DNA of 64,000 nt from Vicinamibacterales bacterium (GTDB lineage: Bacteria; Acidobacteriota; Vicinamibacteria; Vicinamibacterales; UBA8438), in contig CBDAMZ010000010.1 in NCBI GenBank assembly GCA_965197375.1, positions 844 through 64,843 on the forward strand, given 5' to 3'. The position numbers were made by a program, and so were the translations under genes. Positions 49,262-59,866 of this stretch are shown here, in pieces; the stretch's first letter is position 1; each line of letters starts with the position of its first letter. The notes under the pieces were generated by a model. It searched no databases, was not told where the DNA came from, and was given only the letters and a program-made list of their open reading frames with translations.

Positions 49262-51496
49262 CTAGCGGCGACGCGGGCGCACTCCCTTGCGACGGGCCGA
49301 CTTCCGCCTTGGTCGTGCCTGACTGCGCGGCGGTGTGGCGCTCTCGGTACGTCGAACCTCGTCAAGGATTTCCACTAGCGCCAGTTCCAGCTTCCGCTGC
49401 TCGCGGTCGACGCGGATCAGTTGGACATGCACGAGATCGCCAAGTCGATACGTTTTCTTCGTGTTCTCGCCGTGGAGCATGTGCTGAAGCTCGGTAAACC
49501 GGTAGTAGTCGTCCGCCATGCTGGAAATATGCACCAGCCCTTCGACGAAATGTTCGATAAGCTCGACGAACAAACCGAAGGCCGCCACCCCGGTGACATA
49601 GCCGGTGAACTCGTCTCCCACCTTATCCGCCATGAAACGGACCTTCTTCCATTGGACCATCTCGCGCTCTGCCTCTTCAGCGCGACGCTCCATCTCCGAT
49701 GTATGACGCGCAACCTCTGGCAGATTTTCGACCCAGGCCCGTCGCCGCTCCGGATCGAGCTGCCCGGTGCGCGACGCCCGAAGCACACGGTGAACTACTA
49801 GGTCAGGATAGCGGCGGATCGGCGACGTGAAGTGCGTGTAGCTCGCCGCGGCGAGGCCGAAATGACCGAGACTTTCCGGATCGTACCGCGCCCGCTGCAT
49901 CGTACGTAACATCAGAAACGCCGTCGACTTCTCCTCCGGCGTGCCCTTGAGCCTGTTTAGAAGACGCTGAAAGTGACCAGGCTTCACCGCGTCTGGCGGG
50001 ACCGCCAGGCTATAACCCAACGACGATACAAATGTCTCGAACTCAGCCACCTTCAGCGGATCCGGAGCCTCGTGCACTCGGAACAGCACCGGCACGTCGA
50101 TCGTTTCCAGATGCTTGGCCACCGTCTCGTTGGCGACCAGCATGAACTCCTCGATGATCCGGTGGGCTACGTTGCGTTCGGCGGCCACGATTGCCTCTAC
50201 GATCCCTTCGTCATCCGTCACGAACTTGGCCTCTGGTAGGTCAAGATCGATCGACCCGCGGCGGCGTCGGCGTGCGTGCAGCACGCGGAACAGCTCGGCC
50301 ATCAGCTCGAAGAGCGGAATCAGCTTGGCGTACTTCGCGCACATCTTGGAATCACGGTCGGTCAGGACCGCGTCCACCTGCGTGTAGGTCATTCTGGCGT
50401 CGCTGCAGATGACGCCGTCGTGAAGCTCGTAGCGAACCACCGTTCCGCGCCTACTAATTTCCATCAAACACGACTGCACTAGGCGATCCATGTTCGGGTT
50501 TAGACTGCAAAGACCGGTCGCTAATTCGGTCGGGAACATGTGTACCGCCCGGTCTGGAAAATAGACCGACGTGCCACGGTCATAGGCATCCGCGTCGAGG
50601 GCGCTGTCCTCCGCAACGTAGTGCGCTACGTCGGCGATATGCACACCGAGCCAGAAGTTGCCGTTCCGCAGCCGATCCAGGGTGACCGCGTCGTCAAAGT
50701 CCCGCGCTGTCTCGCCGTCGATGGTGACCGTGGTGAGCTGCCGGAAGTCCTTTCGCCCCCGACAGTCGCGCGGTCGCGCCGAGGAACGCCCCTGGCGCGC
50801 TTCTGCAACCGCGCCAGGGGCGTGCACGTCCGGTAGCCCGTACTTGCGAATAATGAGCTTAGTGTCTACCCCGGGCGTGTCGATATCGCCAAGGACGTCC
50901 ACCACCCGCCCAACCGGATTGCGCGTCGCCGTAGGCCAACGAATCAGCTCCACTTCAACCATATCGCCAGGGGTAGCTACGGCCCGGGCGCCAGGCGGGA
51001 TGTGAACGTCCATGATCAGTCGCCGGTCGAACGGCACGACGAAACTTATATCGGCGCCATCGACTTCGTAGCGACCGACAAAGCGCGTGGCAGCGCGGTC
51101 GAGAATTCGAACGATGCGTCCTTCGGCGCGATCCGGTTCGCGAAAACGTTCGACGCGCACGACCACGCGGTCGCCGTGCATCGCCGCATTAAGGTTGGCC
51201 CCGGCAATATAAAGATCGCCGGTAACGTCTTCGACCGGATGCTCTGGCGTAACGAAGCCGAACCCGCGCGGATGCATATGGACACAGCCTGTTACGAGCC
51301 GCATCCGATCCGGAAGCCCGTACCGGTTCCCTCGGATCTTGATAAGCGTCCCCGCCTTCACCAAGCGAGCAAGCCAGCGGCGAAAACTGACCCGTTCGTC
51401 ACGTGGGACCTGAAGGCGCTGCATCAGCTCGCGCACACTAGCCGGATGGTCGACCTTGGTGCGAATGGCGTCGAGTAACTCGGCGGCGGATCGCAT
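49262..51496 (-). CDS. rnr: ribonuclease R
   Basis: RNB catalytic core (...TIDGETARDFDDAV...HIADVAHYV...YFPDRAVHMFP), a C-terminal S1 domain (GYVTGVAAFGLFVEL) and a basic tail. Confidence 0.93.
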   Translation of the reverse strand: MRSAAELLDAIRTKVDHPASVRELMQRLQVPRDERVSFRRWLARLVKAGTLIKIRGNRYGLPDRMRLVTGCVHMHPRGFGFVTPEHPVEDVTGDLYIAGANLNAAMHGDRVVVRVERFREPDRAEGRIVRILDRAATRFVGRYEVDGADISFVVPFDRRLIMDVHIPPGARAVATPGDMVEVELIRWPTATRNPVGRVVDVLGDIDTPGVDTKLIIRKYGLPDVHAPGAVAEARQGRSSARPRDCRGRKDFRQLTTVTIDGETARDFDDAVTLDRLRNGNFWLGVHIADVAHYVAEDSALDADAYDRGTSVYFPDRAVHMFPTELATGLCSLNPNMDRLVQSCLMEISRRGTVVRYELHDGVICSDARMTYTQVDAVLTDRDSKMCAKYAKLIPLFELMAELFRVLHARRRRRGSIDLDLPEAKFVTDDEGIVEAIVAAERNVAHRIIEEFMLVANETVAKHLETIDVPVLFRVHEAPDPLKVAEFETFVSSLGYSLAVPPDAVKPGHFQRLLNRLKGTPEEKSTAFLMLRTMQRARYDPESLGHFGLAAASYTHFTSPIRRYPDLVVHRVLRASRTGQLDPERRRAWVENLPEVARHTSEMERRAEEAEREMVQWKKVRFMADKVGDEFTGYVTGVAAFGLFVELIEHFVEGLVHISSMADDYYRFTELQHMLHGENTKKTYRLGDLVHVQLIRVDREQRKLELALVEILDEVRRTESATPPRSQARPRRKSARRKGVRPRRR

Positions 51497-51500
51497 GTGT

Positions 51501-52806
51501 TCACCCGATCAGCGCGATTTGCAGATCGCCAACGTTGGTGTCGGTCGGGCCAGTACGGATTAGATCACCCACCCGATCGAAGAAGGTGTAGGAGTCGTTC
51601 GCGTCGAGGTAGCGCGATGGTACATGGAGCCCGCACGCGTCAGCCCGGCTCAGCGAGGTCGTGTCGACCAGAGCACCCGCGGCGTCGGTAGGACCGTCGA
51701 CCCCATCAGTCCCCAGGCTCGCCAGCACGGCCTGTGTGAAACGCCTGGCCAGTGCCGAGGCAGCAGCAAGCACGAACTCCTGGTTGCGTCCCCCGCGACC
51801 CGGACCGGTAACCCGCACGGTGGTCTCTCCCGCCGACAGGATACACGCTGGCCGCGGCATATCATGCGCGAGCTTGGCGACGGCCTGCACGTGGGCCGCA
51901 CCTGCGGCGCGCGCCTCCCCAGTAACAGGCGCGTCACGAATAGCAACGGCGAAACCCCGCCGACGGGCTGCGTTAGCCGCACCCTCGAGCGCATCGGCTC
52001 GACTGCCGATAACGTGCAGGACCGAACGTACGAGCCGTGGGTCGCCCGGCTTCGGTGTCCCGGGAAGCTCACCCCGTTGCCCGCGCACCACCGCCATCAG
52101 GGCCGCAACTGGGAAAGTTTCCCGCACCCCGGCTCGACGGCAGACCACCAGGGCATCGGCGAACGTCGTGGGATCTGCGGTCGTCGGACCCGACCCGATC
52201 ACCGTCGGGTCATCCGGAACCGGATCAACGACATCGGAAATAGCCAGAGTCAACACACGGGCTCGCGTTGCAGCAGACAGCCACCCGCCCTTGATCGCCG
52301 ACAGGTGTTTGCGTACGCAGTTTACCCCGTCAATAGAGACCCCCCCAGCGAGTAGAGCCGCCGTCGCTGCGACCTTGTTCGAGACAGTGACGCCACTGAT
52401 CGGAACCGTCAGCGCTGCTGACGCACCGCCCGAGAGCAGCACGACGAGGACGGCATCCTCGCCAACTCCTCGAGCGATGCCGAGTGCGTGCTCACCAGCT
52501 GCCACGCTCCCTTCACCTGGCAACGGGTGGCTAACCGTGTACGATGCCAGACTGCCGACAGGATCGGCGCGGTGCGGACTGGCAACCATACCCTACGCGT
52601 CCGGCCGAGGGAACTGCCTCAAAAAAGGTGGCCGCCATCGCTCGTGCCGCCTTGCCGGCAGCGATCACCGCCGGAACCCGCCCAGACAACACGTGTGTGA
52701 CGGCCTGATCGTCCAGCGCACGCTTGACCAGTACCGACGCACCGGCACCAGCGATCCCTTCCCGGGCGATCTCAAGGGCGTGTTGACGAAGAAACTGGAG
52801 GGTCAG
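51501..52806 (-). CDS. glycerate kinase / hydroxypyruvate reductase family (DUF4147 plus MOFRL); frame broken near 52590, start uncertain
   Basis: The 362-aa ORF contains LLSGGASAL...KHLSAIKGG...GGETTV.V.G.GRGGRNQEF...GTDGVDGPTDAAGA. The missing N-terminus (LRQHALEIAREGIAGAGASVLVKRAL...AVIAAGKAARAMA) reads in the adjacent frame, upstream of 52590. Confidence 0.8.
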
Positions 52807-52816
52807 ACTCAGAGCG

Positions 52817-54274
52817 TTAGCCGTCCTCTGCGTCGTTCAGGACCCGGCGGAGCAGATCGTTAACCACCTGCGGATTAGCCGTCCCCTTGGTCGCGCGCAT
52901 TACCTGCCCAACCAGGAAGCCGAGGGTGCCAGTCTTGCCACCGCGGTATTTCTCAACGGCCTTCGGGTTGGTATCGATCGTATGTTTGACGAGAGCATCG
53001 AGGGCGCCCGCGTCACCAATCTGGGCGAGATGGTCTTGCCTCACAATCACCTCAGCCGACTGCCCGGACGCGTGCATTCGCTCGAACACCTGCTTCGCAA
53101 TGGACCCGCTAATCGTGCCCGTGTCTACCAACCTGATGAGTTCGGCCAGTGCCTGCGGTGTCATTCTGATCGTACCGATTTCGACCCCGAGTGACTTCAT
53201 TTTTCGAGTCAACTCTCCCATGATCCAATTGCTGGCTGCCCGTGGATTCCCAGAAGCCTTCGCGGTGGCCTCAAAAAAATCCGCCAGGTCACAGGATTGC
53301 GTCAGCAGACCTGCGTCTTGCGGCGACAGCCGATATACGCTCACGAACCGGCGCTTGCGCTCTTCGGGGAGCTCCGGTAATGCCTCCTTGATGGCCTGGA
53401 TCCAATCCAAGGACAGCTTGAGTGGCGGAAGGTCTGGCTCAGGGAAATAGCGATAGTCGTGCGCCTCCTCCTTGCTCCGCATCGGCAATGTCTGTCCAGC
53501 GGCGGCGTCCCAAAGCCGCGTCTCCTGAGCGACCACGCCGCCTTGGCGTAGCACAGCAACCTGGCGCTCAAACTCGTAGTCGAGGGCGCGCTGCAAGAAC
53601 CGGAAAGAGTTAAGATTCTTCACTTCGACCTTGACTCCGAGCGTCGTCGCACCCCTCAGCCGCACTGAGATATTGGCGTCACAGCGTAGGCTGCCTTCCT
53701 CTAAGTTGCCGTCGTTGACCTCAACCGCCAACAGGATCACCCGCAGGCGGGCGAAGAAATCCGCTGCCGCCGCCCCGGAACATAAGTCTGGGTGCGTGAC
53801 GATCTCAATCAACGGGACCCCGCTGCGATTAAAGTCAAGATAGGTCTTGCGATTAGAATCAGGGAACCCCTCGTGCAGCGACTTCCCAGCGTCTTCCTCT
53901 AGGTGCACACGAATGATTCTGACCGCCTGGGTCGTGTCGTTCGCCACGTACTCCACGTGACCGTCGATCGCAAGCGGCTGCTCGAATTGCGAAATCTGAT
54001 AGCCCTTGGGTAGGTCCGGATAGAAATAGTTCTTACGGGCAAAGATCGACGCCGAACACACCGTACAACCAAGAGCAAGTGCGGCCCGAACGGCATATTT
54101 GACCGCGCGTTGGTTCAGGACCGGGAGCGCACCCGGCAATCCAAGGCACACCGGACACACGTGGGTGTTCGGTGGAGCGCCAAACCTGGTGCTGCAGCCG
54201 CAGAAGATCTTAGTGTCAGTGAGAAGCTGGGCGTGTATTTCAAGACCGATGACCGGTTCGAACTCCATCAACAA
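52817..54274 (-). CDS. gatB: Asp-tRNA(Asn)/Glu-tRNA(Gln) amidotransferase subunit B
   Basis: EFEPVIGLEIHAQLLTDTKIFCGCST.FGAPPNTHVCPVCLGLPGALPVLN...; 485 aa. Confidence 0.95.
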   Translation of the reverse strand: MLMEFEPVIGLEIHAQLLTDTKIFCGCSTRFGAPPNTHVCPVCLGLPGALPVLNQRAVKYAVRAALALGCTVCSASIFARKNYFYPDLPKGYQISQFEQPLAIDGHVEYVANDTTQAVRIIRVHLEEDAGKSLHEGFPDSNRKTYLDFNRSGVPLIEIVTHPDLCSGAAAADFFARLRVILLAVEVNDGNLEEGSLRCDANISVRLRGATTLGVKVEVKNLNSFRFLQRALDYEFERQVAVLRQGGVVAQETRLWDAAAGQTLPMRSKEEAHDYRYFPEPDLPPLKLSLDWIQAIKEALPELPEERKRRFVSVYRLSPQDAGLLTQSCDLADFFEATAKASGNPRAASNWIMGELTRKMKSLGVEIGTIRMTPQALAELIRLVDTGTISGSIAKQVFERMHASGQSAEVIVRQDHLAQIGDAGALDALVKHTIDTNPKAVEKYRGGKTGTLGFLVGQVMRATKGTANPQVVNDLLRRVLNDAEDG

Positions 54275-54299
54275 TCGTCAGGGGACCGTAGCCCGCCTC

Positions 54300-55910
54300 T
54301 CATAGTGGCCCGGCGCATCTCACAACCCCGTCTACTTCAGCCTCGAACGCTTTAAAATTATCGACGAACATCGTCGCCAGCTTACCAGCTTGCGCGTCGT
54401 AGGCGGATGGATCCTTCCAGGTAAGTCTTGGCTTGAGAACCTCAGCCGGCACGCCCGCACAACTCACTGGGACATCAACTTTAAATAGCGGGTCGGTCTC
54501 GAAGGCAACGTCGTTGAGCGCGCCGGACAGCGCAGCTGTGATCATGGCACGCGTGTAGGCGATCTTCATCCGGTTGCCGACCCCGTACGGACCCCCGGTC
54601 CAACCGGTATTAACGAGCCATACCTCCGATCCATGTGCCACGATGCGCTCACCCAGCTGCTTTGCATAGACTGTGGGATGCCAGACCATAAACGGGGCAC
54701 CGAAGCACGCACTGAACGTGGCCTGCGGCACGACGATGCCTTTTTCGGTTCCGGCGACCTTGGCCGTGTACCCCGAGAGGAAGTGATACATGGCACCATC
54801 CGGCGTAAGCTTCGAGATTGGCGGGAGCACGCCAAACGCGTCAGCCGTGAGCATCACAATGTTCCGCGGGTGTCCCCCTCGCCCCGACGGAACCCAGTTG
54901 TCAATAAAGGAAATCGGGTAGGCGCCTCTGGTGTTTTCGGTCAGCGTCTCGCTATCCAGATCCAGTTCGCGCGTATCGGCATCAATCGCTACGTTCTCGA
55001 GGATAGCACCGAACCGCTGCGTCGCCGCGTAGATCTGCGGTTCTGCCTCGGCGGAGAGTCTGATCATCTTCGCGTAGCACCCTCCCTCGAAATTAAAGAT
55101 GCCGCAATTGCTCCAGCCATGCTCATCGTCACCGATGAGACGGCGCGACAAATCACTCGAGAGCGTTGTCTTTCCTGTGCCGGACAGTCCGAAGAATAAA
55201 GCGACGTCATCATCCGCGGTGCCGATGTTCGCCGCGCAGTGCATCGGCATCACATTGCGGAGTGGGAGCAGGTAGTTCATCACCGTGAAGATCGACTTCT
55301 TAATTTCGCCAGCGTAGCTCGTACCACCGATCAGCACCAGCCGGTCGGCGAAGTTCACAAGTATAAAAACCTCGGAGTTGGTCTCATGCCTTGACGGATC
55401 CGCGTTCATTGACGGGGCGTGGATCACGGTGAACTGCGGTTTATGCTCTCCGGGGCTGCTGCCGGGCTGGCACGGAAGAAACATTGTACGGGCGAACAGG
55501 CTATGCCAGGCCTGTTCTGTAATGACACGAATCGGGAGACGGTGATCCGAGTCGGTCCCAACGAAGCAATCCTGGACGAAGAGCTCTTTACCTTCCAGCG
55601 AGCGCAGCAGCTCACACCGCAGCGTCTCGAATAGCGTTGGTTCGATCGGCTGGTTCGCAATCCCCCACCAGACGTGGTTCTCAGTGGAAGGTTCCCGCAC
55701 CAGAAACTTATCATCCGGCGATCGGCCGGTGTGCGATCCAGTGCGACACACGAGCGGCCCAGCTTTAGCCAACATACCTTCTCGGCGGCGAATTGCCTCT
55801 TCGTAGAGCGCTGCCGTATCGAGGTTGCGGTGCACGCGGCCAACTTTCGTAACACCATGGACGCCGAGGTGATATTCAGGCTGCGTGGATCCGTTCATGC
55901 CGTCTCGCAA
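54300..55910 (-). CDS. pckA: phosphoenolpyruvate carboxykinase (ATP)
   Basis: GRSPDDKF...FFGLSGTGKTTLS...LIGDDEHGW...FNFEGGCYAK. Confidence 0.93.
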   Translation of the reverse strand: MRDGMNGSTQPEYHLGVHGVTKVGRVHRNLDTAALYEEAIRRREGMLAKAGPLVCRTGSHTGRSPDDKFLVREPSTENHVWWGIANQPIEPTLFETLRCELLRSLEGKELFVQDCFVGTDSDHRLPIRVITEQAWHSLFARTMFLPCQPGSSPGEHKPQFTVIHAPSMNADPSRHETNSEVFILVNFADRLVLIGGTSYAGEIKKSIFTVMNYLLPLRNVMPMHCAANIGTADDDVALFFGLSGTGKTTLSSDLSRRLIGDDEHGWSNCGIFNFEGGCYAKMIRLSAEAEPQIYAATQRFGAILENVAIDADTRELDLDSETLTENTRGAYPISFIDNWVPSGRGGHPRNIVMLTADAFGVLPPISKLTPDGAMYHFLSGYTAKVAGTEKGIVVPQATFSACFGAPFMVWHPTVYAKQLGERIVAHGSEVWLVNTGWTGGPYGVGNRMKIAYTRAMITAALSGALNDVAFETDPLFKVDVPVSCAGVPAEVLKPRLTWKDPSAYDAQAGKLATMFVDNFKAFEAEVDGVVRCAGPL

Positions 55911-56133
55911 GAGGCTAGCGCCCCGGGCAGGTAATCGTAATCGGCACTACTCCCTTAAGTCAAAATAACTACCGGGATCCTGACGCTGGATGTGTGGGCG
56001 ACCGATACATGGTGTGGCGATCAAAACATGGCTCGCGCACCAACATCGAGACAACGGTCTCCGGCAGGGCGTACCCGCTTCCCATACTGTGTCGGGGCTA
56101 CTCCAGCACTGCATTGGATCCGCCACGCTTAAA

Positions 56134-57138
56134 GTGGGGAGGGGGCTCGTTCTAGGGGTTGTCCTACTAGCTGCAACCGGCGGGAGCGCCTGCGTTCGAC
56201 GCCCGCCGTCGGTGCCAGATGGGGTACCGGGCGGGTTGACCTCGACAGCCTCCGTGGTGCAGGTTCGGATCGGCGAGACCGGCAAGCCCACTCGAGCCGT
56301 CGCACTGGAAGACTACGTTGGCGGTGTATTACTCGCCGAGCTTCCGCTAGCCAGCTTGGTAGGATCGGCCGCAGGACGTACCATGACGGCCGTCCAGGCC
56401 ATCGTCGCACGTACCTACGCGCTAACCAACCTTGGACGGCACGCGGACGCAGGCTTCGATCTCTGCGTAACAACCCATTGCCAGCTGTACCGACCACCGG
56501 AGACATCGATGCCCACGTTCGCTGCCCTGGCGGCCGAGGCAACCATGCGAACCCGCGGCATGGTGATCACACACAACCACCGACCGATTCAGGCACTGTT
56601 CCATGCGAACTGCGGCGGTGGAACTAGCTCAGCGGGGTCTGTCTGGGGCGGGCCGACGCCACCGTACCTTAACGGCGCCCCAGACCTATTCTGCACGATC
56701 GCATCGCCCAAGTCCTGGCACAGCGAGCTGGAGGAGACGGAGCTCCGCGACGCGTTAAATCAGAACGACCGAACTTCAGTTGGATCGCATCTGCTCGGGA
56801 TCGAGGTGCTTAGGCGAGACGGCACCGGTCGGGCCGTAAGCGTCCGCCTCGACGGAAAGCGGGATCCGATCGTCCGTGGCGAAGAGCTTCGGGCGGCTCT
56901 CACTAGCGTGTTCGGACCGCGCTCATTCAAGAGCACACGCTTTCAGGTCAGACGTGTCGGCGGCACGTTCCGTTTTGAGGGAACGGGCTACGGGCACGGT
57001 GTCGGTCTTTGCCAGACCGGCGCAATTGCCCGGGCAGAGGCCGGGCACACCCCGGATCAGATCCTACAGCACTACTACCCCGGCACCGGTCTCAAGCTAC
57101 CAAGCGCCGAGACGTCGCCACGGCGACCGAGTCTGTGA
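56134..57138 (+). CDS. SpoIID/LytB-domain protein (amidase-enhancer-like), probable lipoprotein
   Basis: LEDYVGGVLLAE...AVQAIVARTYAL...DLCVTTHCQLYR...ALFHANCGGGTSS...GYGHGVGLCQTGA. Start taken at GTG before LVLGVVLLAATGGSAC; the longest ORF starts at 55990. Confidence 0.82.
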   Translation: MGRGLVLGVVLLAATGGSACVRRPPSVPDGVPGGLTSTASVVQVRIGETGKPTRAVALEDYVGGVLLAELPLASLVGSAAGRTMTAVQAIVARTYALTNLGRHADAGFDLCVTTHCQLYRPPETSMPTFAALAAEATMRTRGMVITHNHRPIQALFHANCGGGTSSAGSVWGGPTPPYLNGAPDLFCTIASPKSWHSELEETELRDALNQNDRTSVGSHLLGIEVLRRDGTGRAVSVRLDGKRDPIVRGEELRAALTSVFGPRSFKSTRFQVRRVGGTFRFEGTGYGHGVGLCQTGAIARAEAGHTPDQILQHYYPGTGLKLPSAETSPRRPSL

Positions 57139-57292
57139 CGCTTCGGACGCAACCTCATATTTGCTTCAGTTGATAAGGTAACTAAAGGGGCTCGGCTTTT
57201 GATGAGGGGCCAGGCAGCCGCTTCGGAATCCGCTTGGGCGGCCGTCTGTCGCGCGCGCCCCCCAAGGCGGGTTATCATGAACGCGGTTCAAG

Positions 57293-57319
57293 TAAACACC
57301 TGCGTGTGTTCCACGTCTA
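57293..57319 (+). promoter_or_regulatory. weak ECF-type promoter candidate upstream of the sigma factor gene
   Basis: TAAAC (57293-57297), 16 nt, CGTCTA (57314-57319), 18 nt before the ATG. Matches only the AAC / CGTC core of ECF promoters. Confidence 0.25.
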
Positions 57320-57337
57320 GAGTCGTAAGGCAGAGCT

Positions 57338-58006
57338 ATGGAGCAAGGACGCACATCAAGTCCCTCCGGGTGCGGCGTAGGGGGCGATACCCAGCTGGCT
57401 GGAGAAATCAAGGCCCTCCTGGCCAGCGGTGACCGGGACGCAGCCTGCGAACGGTTCAGTGAGCTCGTCCGGCGCCACCAGCGGCGTGCGACGCGGATCG
57501 CGTATTACTATCTCCGTGACGCGGCCGACATTGACGAAGCGGTCCAGGACGCGTTCCTAAAAGTATTTCTACGCCTCTCTTCGTTCCGCGAGGAGCTACT
57601 CTTCGAGCTGTGGTTCACCCGGATCGTGGTCAACAGCTGCCTCGACCGGTTAAGGGCGCGCACGCGCCGCGGGCGCTGGTTGACCTCGGTGGGCGACAAC
57701 GAGCGGGCGCTGGTTGAACAGCGTCCGACGGCTGGCGCGTCGCCTGAAGTGGCGCTCCTGAGCGAAGAGCGACGGGCGCGGCTCGCAGTGGCCATCGAAC
57801 AGCTGCCGCCTCGCCAGCGAGCCGTCGTGATCTTGAGCCAGTTTGAGGGCCACTCCACGCGAGAGGTGGGCACGATCCTAGGCACCAACGACGCGACCGT
57901 ACGTGTACACCTGTTCCGCGCAATACGTTCTCTCAGGAAGCGCCTCCGTAGAAAGGAGTGGCTCACCAACAGGACTGCACGAGCGGCAGCGGCAAGACAG
58001 GCCTGA
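57338..58006 (+). CDS. ECF-type RNA polymerase sigma factor
   Basis: Region 2: AYYYLRDAADIDEAVQDAFLKVF...WFTRIVVNSCLDRLR. Region 4: LPPRQRAVVILSQFEGHSTREVGTILGTNDATVRVHLFRAIRSLR. Confidence 0.88.
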   Translation: MEQGRTSSPSGCGVGGDTQLAGEIKALLASGDRDAACERFSELVRRHQRRATRIAYYYLRDAADIDEAVQDAFLKVFLRLSSFREELLFELWFTRIVVNSCLDRLRARTRRGRWLTSVGDNERALVEQRPTAGASPEVALLSEERRARLAVAIEQLPPRQRAVVILSQFEGHSTREVGTILGTNDATVRVHLFRAIRSLRKRLRRKEWLTNRTARAAAARQA

Positions 58007-58024
58007 TGCTGCCAGTTCAGAACA

Positions 58025-58651
58025 ATGCTTAAGCGTCATATGAAGCATCTCACTGATGACCAGTTGCTCGAGGCTTTCGTCGAGCCCACTGGGCTAGACG
58101 GGTGCGCACGTGCCAAAGCCGACACACACACCTCAGGATGCCATTGGTGTGCCCAGCGCTTAGCAGATCTCGAGACGTTTCTCGAGACGCTGAGCGGGCA
58201 GGCAGAGTTATCGTTCGGCACCACCTTTTCAGATAAGTATCTGGCCGTTCAGCGGGAGCACATCATGCGCCGGCTCGAACTGGCTGTCGGTTGCCGACCG
58301 GCGGCTCGGATCCTACGGTTTCCGGCCATCGCACGGCCGGTATTGGCCACCGTCCACAGTACGCGGCGGTGGCTGGGCGCAGCAGCGGCCGCTGGCCTGC
58401 TCGTTGGTATCATCATCGGGCAGCTAGTCCATTGGCACCCAGGACCGGCCATCGGCATCCCGCAGACCGTCGCTCCTGCGTCCTCAGCCAATAGAGCACC
58501 AGTTGCCGTGGGCGTCTCAGCTTCGTCGATGGCCGATGAAGAGTTCATTCAGGAACTGGAGCTAGTGCTCAGCAGCCTACAGGTTGCGGGACTGGTCGCC
58601 CTCGACGAAATAACGCCACGCATTCACGAAGTGTCAATCAATATCCCATAG
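58025..58651 (+). CDS. putative anti-sigma factor (Cys/His N-terminal motif, single TM helix)
   Basis: Lies directly after the ECF sigma gene. H..SGCHWCAQRL motif and TM segment WLGAAAAAGLLVGIIIGQLV. Confidence 0.6.
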   Translation: MLKRHMKHLTDDQLLEAFVEPTGLDGCARAKADTHTSGCHWCAQRLADLETFLETLSGQAELSFGTTFSDKYLAVQREHIMRRLELAVGCRPAARILRFPAIARPVLATVHSTRRWLGAAAAAGLLVGIIIGQLVHWHPGPAIGIPQTVAPASSANRAPVAVGVSASSMADEEFIQELELVLSSLQVAGLVALDEITPRIHEVSINIP

Positions 58652-58660
58652 GTAGCTCTG

Positions 58661-59866
58661 ATGTCGTCACCTACCCTCCTTTACCGCAAGGGCTTCGGCC
58701 TTAAACACGCCGTCGCCGATGAACTCGCGCGCGACTACCACAGCCAACTGGTCGCGCAGATCCGGAACGCCAACTACCAGCTCGAAGCTGGCCGGCTCGC
58801 AATATGTCTCGCACAGGAATTCGGCTTTTGCTACGGGGTTGATCGTGCCGTCGACTACGCCTACCAGACAAGGCGGCGCTTCCCAGACCGAACCGTTTTC
58901 CTCACCGGAGAGATCATCCATAACCCCCATGTCAACAATAAACTGCGTGAGGCCGGCATTCGTTTCCTCAGTGATCCGGGTGCGTGCATCGACGTGGTTA
59001 CACCAAACGATGTCGTGATCCTGCCTGCATTTGGGGCCACCGTGGCCGAGCTCGAGCAACTCGAACGGCAGGGCTGCACGTTAGTCGACACGACATGCGG
59101 GTCGGTACTCAACGTGTGGAAGAACGTACGCAAGTACACGCGGGATGGTTTCACCGCAATTATTCACGGCAAGGTCCATCACGAAGAAACGCGTGCAACT
59201 GCGTCACAAGCCGTGGCGGTCAAAAATGGACATTACCTGGTGATCCTGAACCGCCAGGAAGCGGCGATCGTCTGCGGCTACATCCGGGGGCAGTCGACCT
59301 CGGCGATCTTCTTCGAGCGCTTCGCCAACACCTGCTCGCCAGGCTTCGATCCGGATCGTGACCTCCGGCGCGTCGGGCTCGCCAACCAGACCACGATGCT
59401 GATGTCGGAGTCACTGGAGATCGGCGAGATGATTAGGCACGCCATAGTCGATCGTTATGGGCTTGCGGCATTAGCGGAACACTATTGCGCATTCGAAACC
59501 ATCTGCAGCGCCACTCAGGATCGGCAAGACGCCGTGCAGACGTTACTCGACGAGTACGAGTTTGACTTTGTGATCGTGATTGGCGGCTACAACAGCAGTA
59601 ATACGCGCAACCTGGCCCGTATCTGCACCCAGCGGGTGACCACCTATCACATCGCCGATCCTTCCTGCCTCGTCTCGGCGGCTGAGCTCAGACATCTTCC
59701 TTCTCCAGTAGCGTCCGCCTCGGCGGCCATCGCCGGCAGCGACGTCACCACTCGAGATTGGATCCCACGACAAGGGCCGCTCTCGGTCGGCGTTACGGCT
59801 GGAGCGTCGACCCCGGATAACATCGTCGGCGAAGTAATCGCGAAGTTGAGCGAGCTCGTCGCCTAG
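58661..59866 (+). CDS. ispH: 4-hydroxy-3-methylbut-2-enyl diphosphate reductase, long (about 400 aa) form
   Basis: EFGFCYGVDRAVDYA...GEIIHNPHVN...DTTCGSVLNVWK...HGKVHHEE...NQTTML...ETICSATQDRQ...VIGGYNSSNT. Confidence 0.9.
   Translation: MSSPTLLYRKGFGLKHAVADELARDYHSQLVAQIRNANYQLEAGRLAICLAQEFGFCYGVDRAVDYAYQTRRRFPDRTVFLTGEIIHNPHVNNKLREAGIRFLSDPGACIDVVTPNDVVILPAFGATVAELEQLERQGCTLVDTTCGSVLNVWKNVRKYTRDGFTAIIHGKVHHEETRATASQAVAVKNGHYLVILNRQEAAIVCGYIRGQSTSAIFFERFANTCSPGFDPDRDLRRVGLANQTTMLMSESLEIGEMIRHAIVDRYGLAALAEHYCAFETICSATQDRQDAVQTLLDEYEFDFVIVIGGYNSSNTRNLARICTQRVTTYHIADPSCLVSAAELRHLPSPVASASAAIAGSDVTTRDWIPRQGPLSVGVTAGASTPDNIVGEVIAKLSELVA

Noticed and set aside
51661-52863. 400-aa ORF antisense to the glycerate kinase gene (also 51624..52355)
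   Set aside because: Low-complexity S/T/A/R/P composition. The opposite strand carries clear MOFRL-family motifs. This is a typical GC-rich shadow frame.
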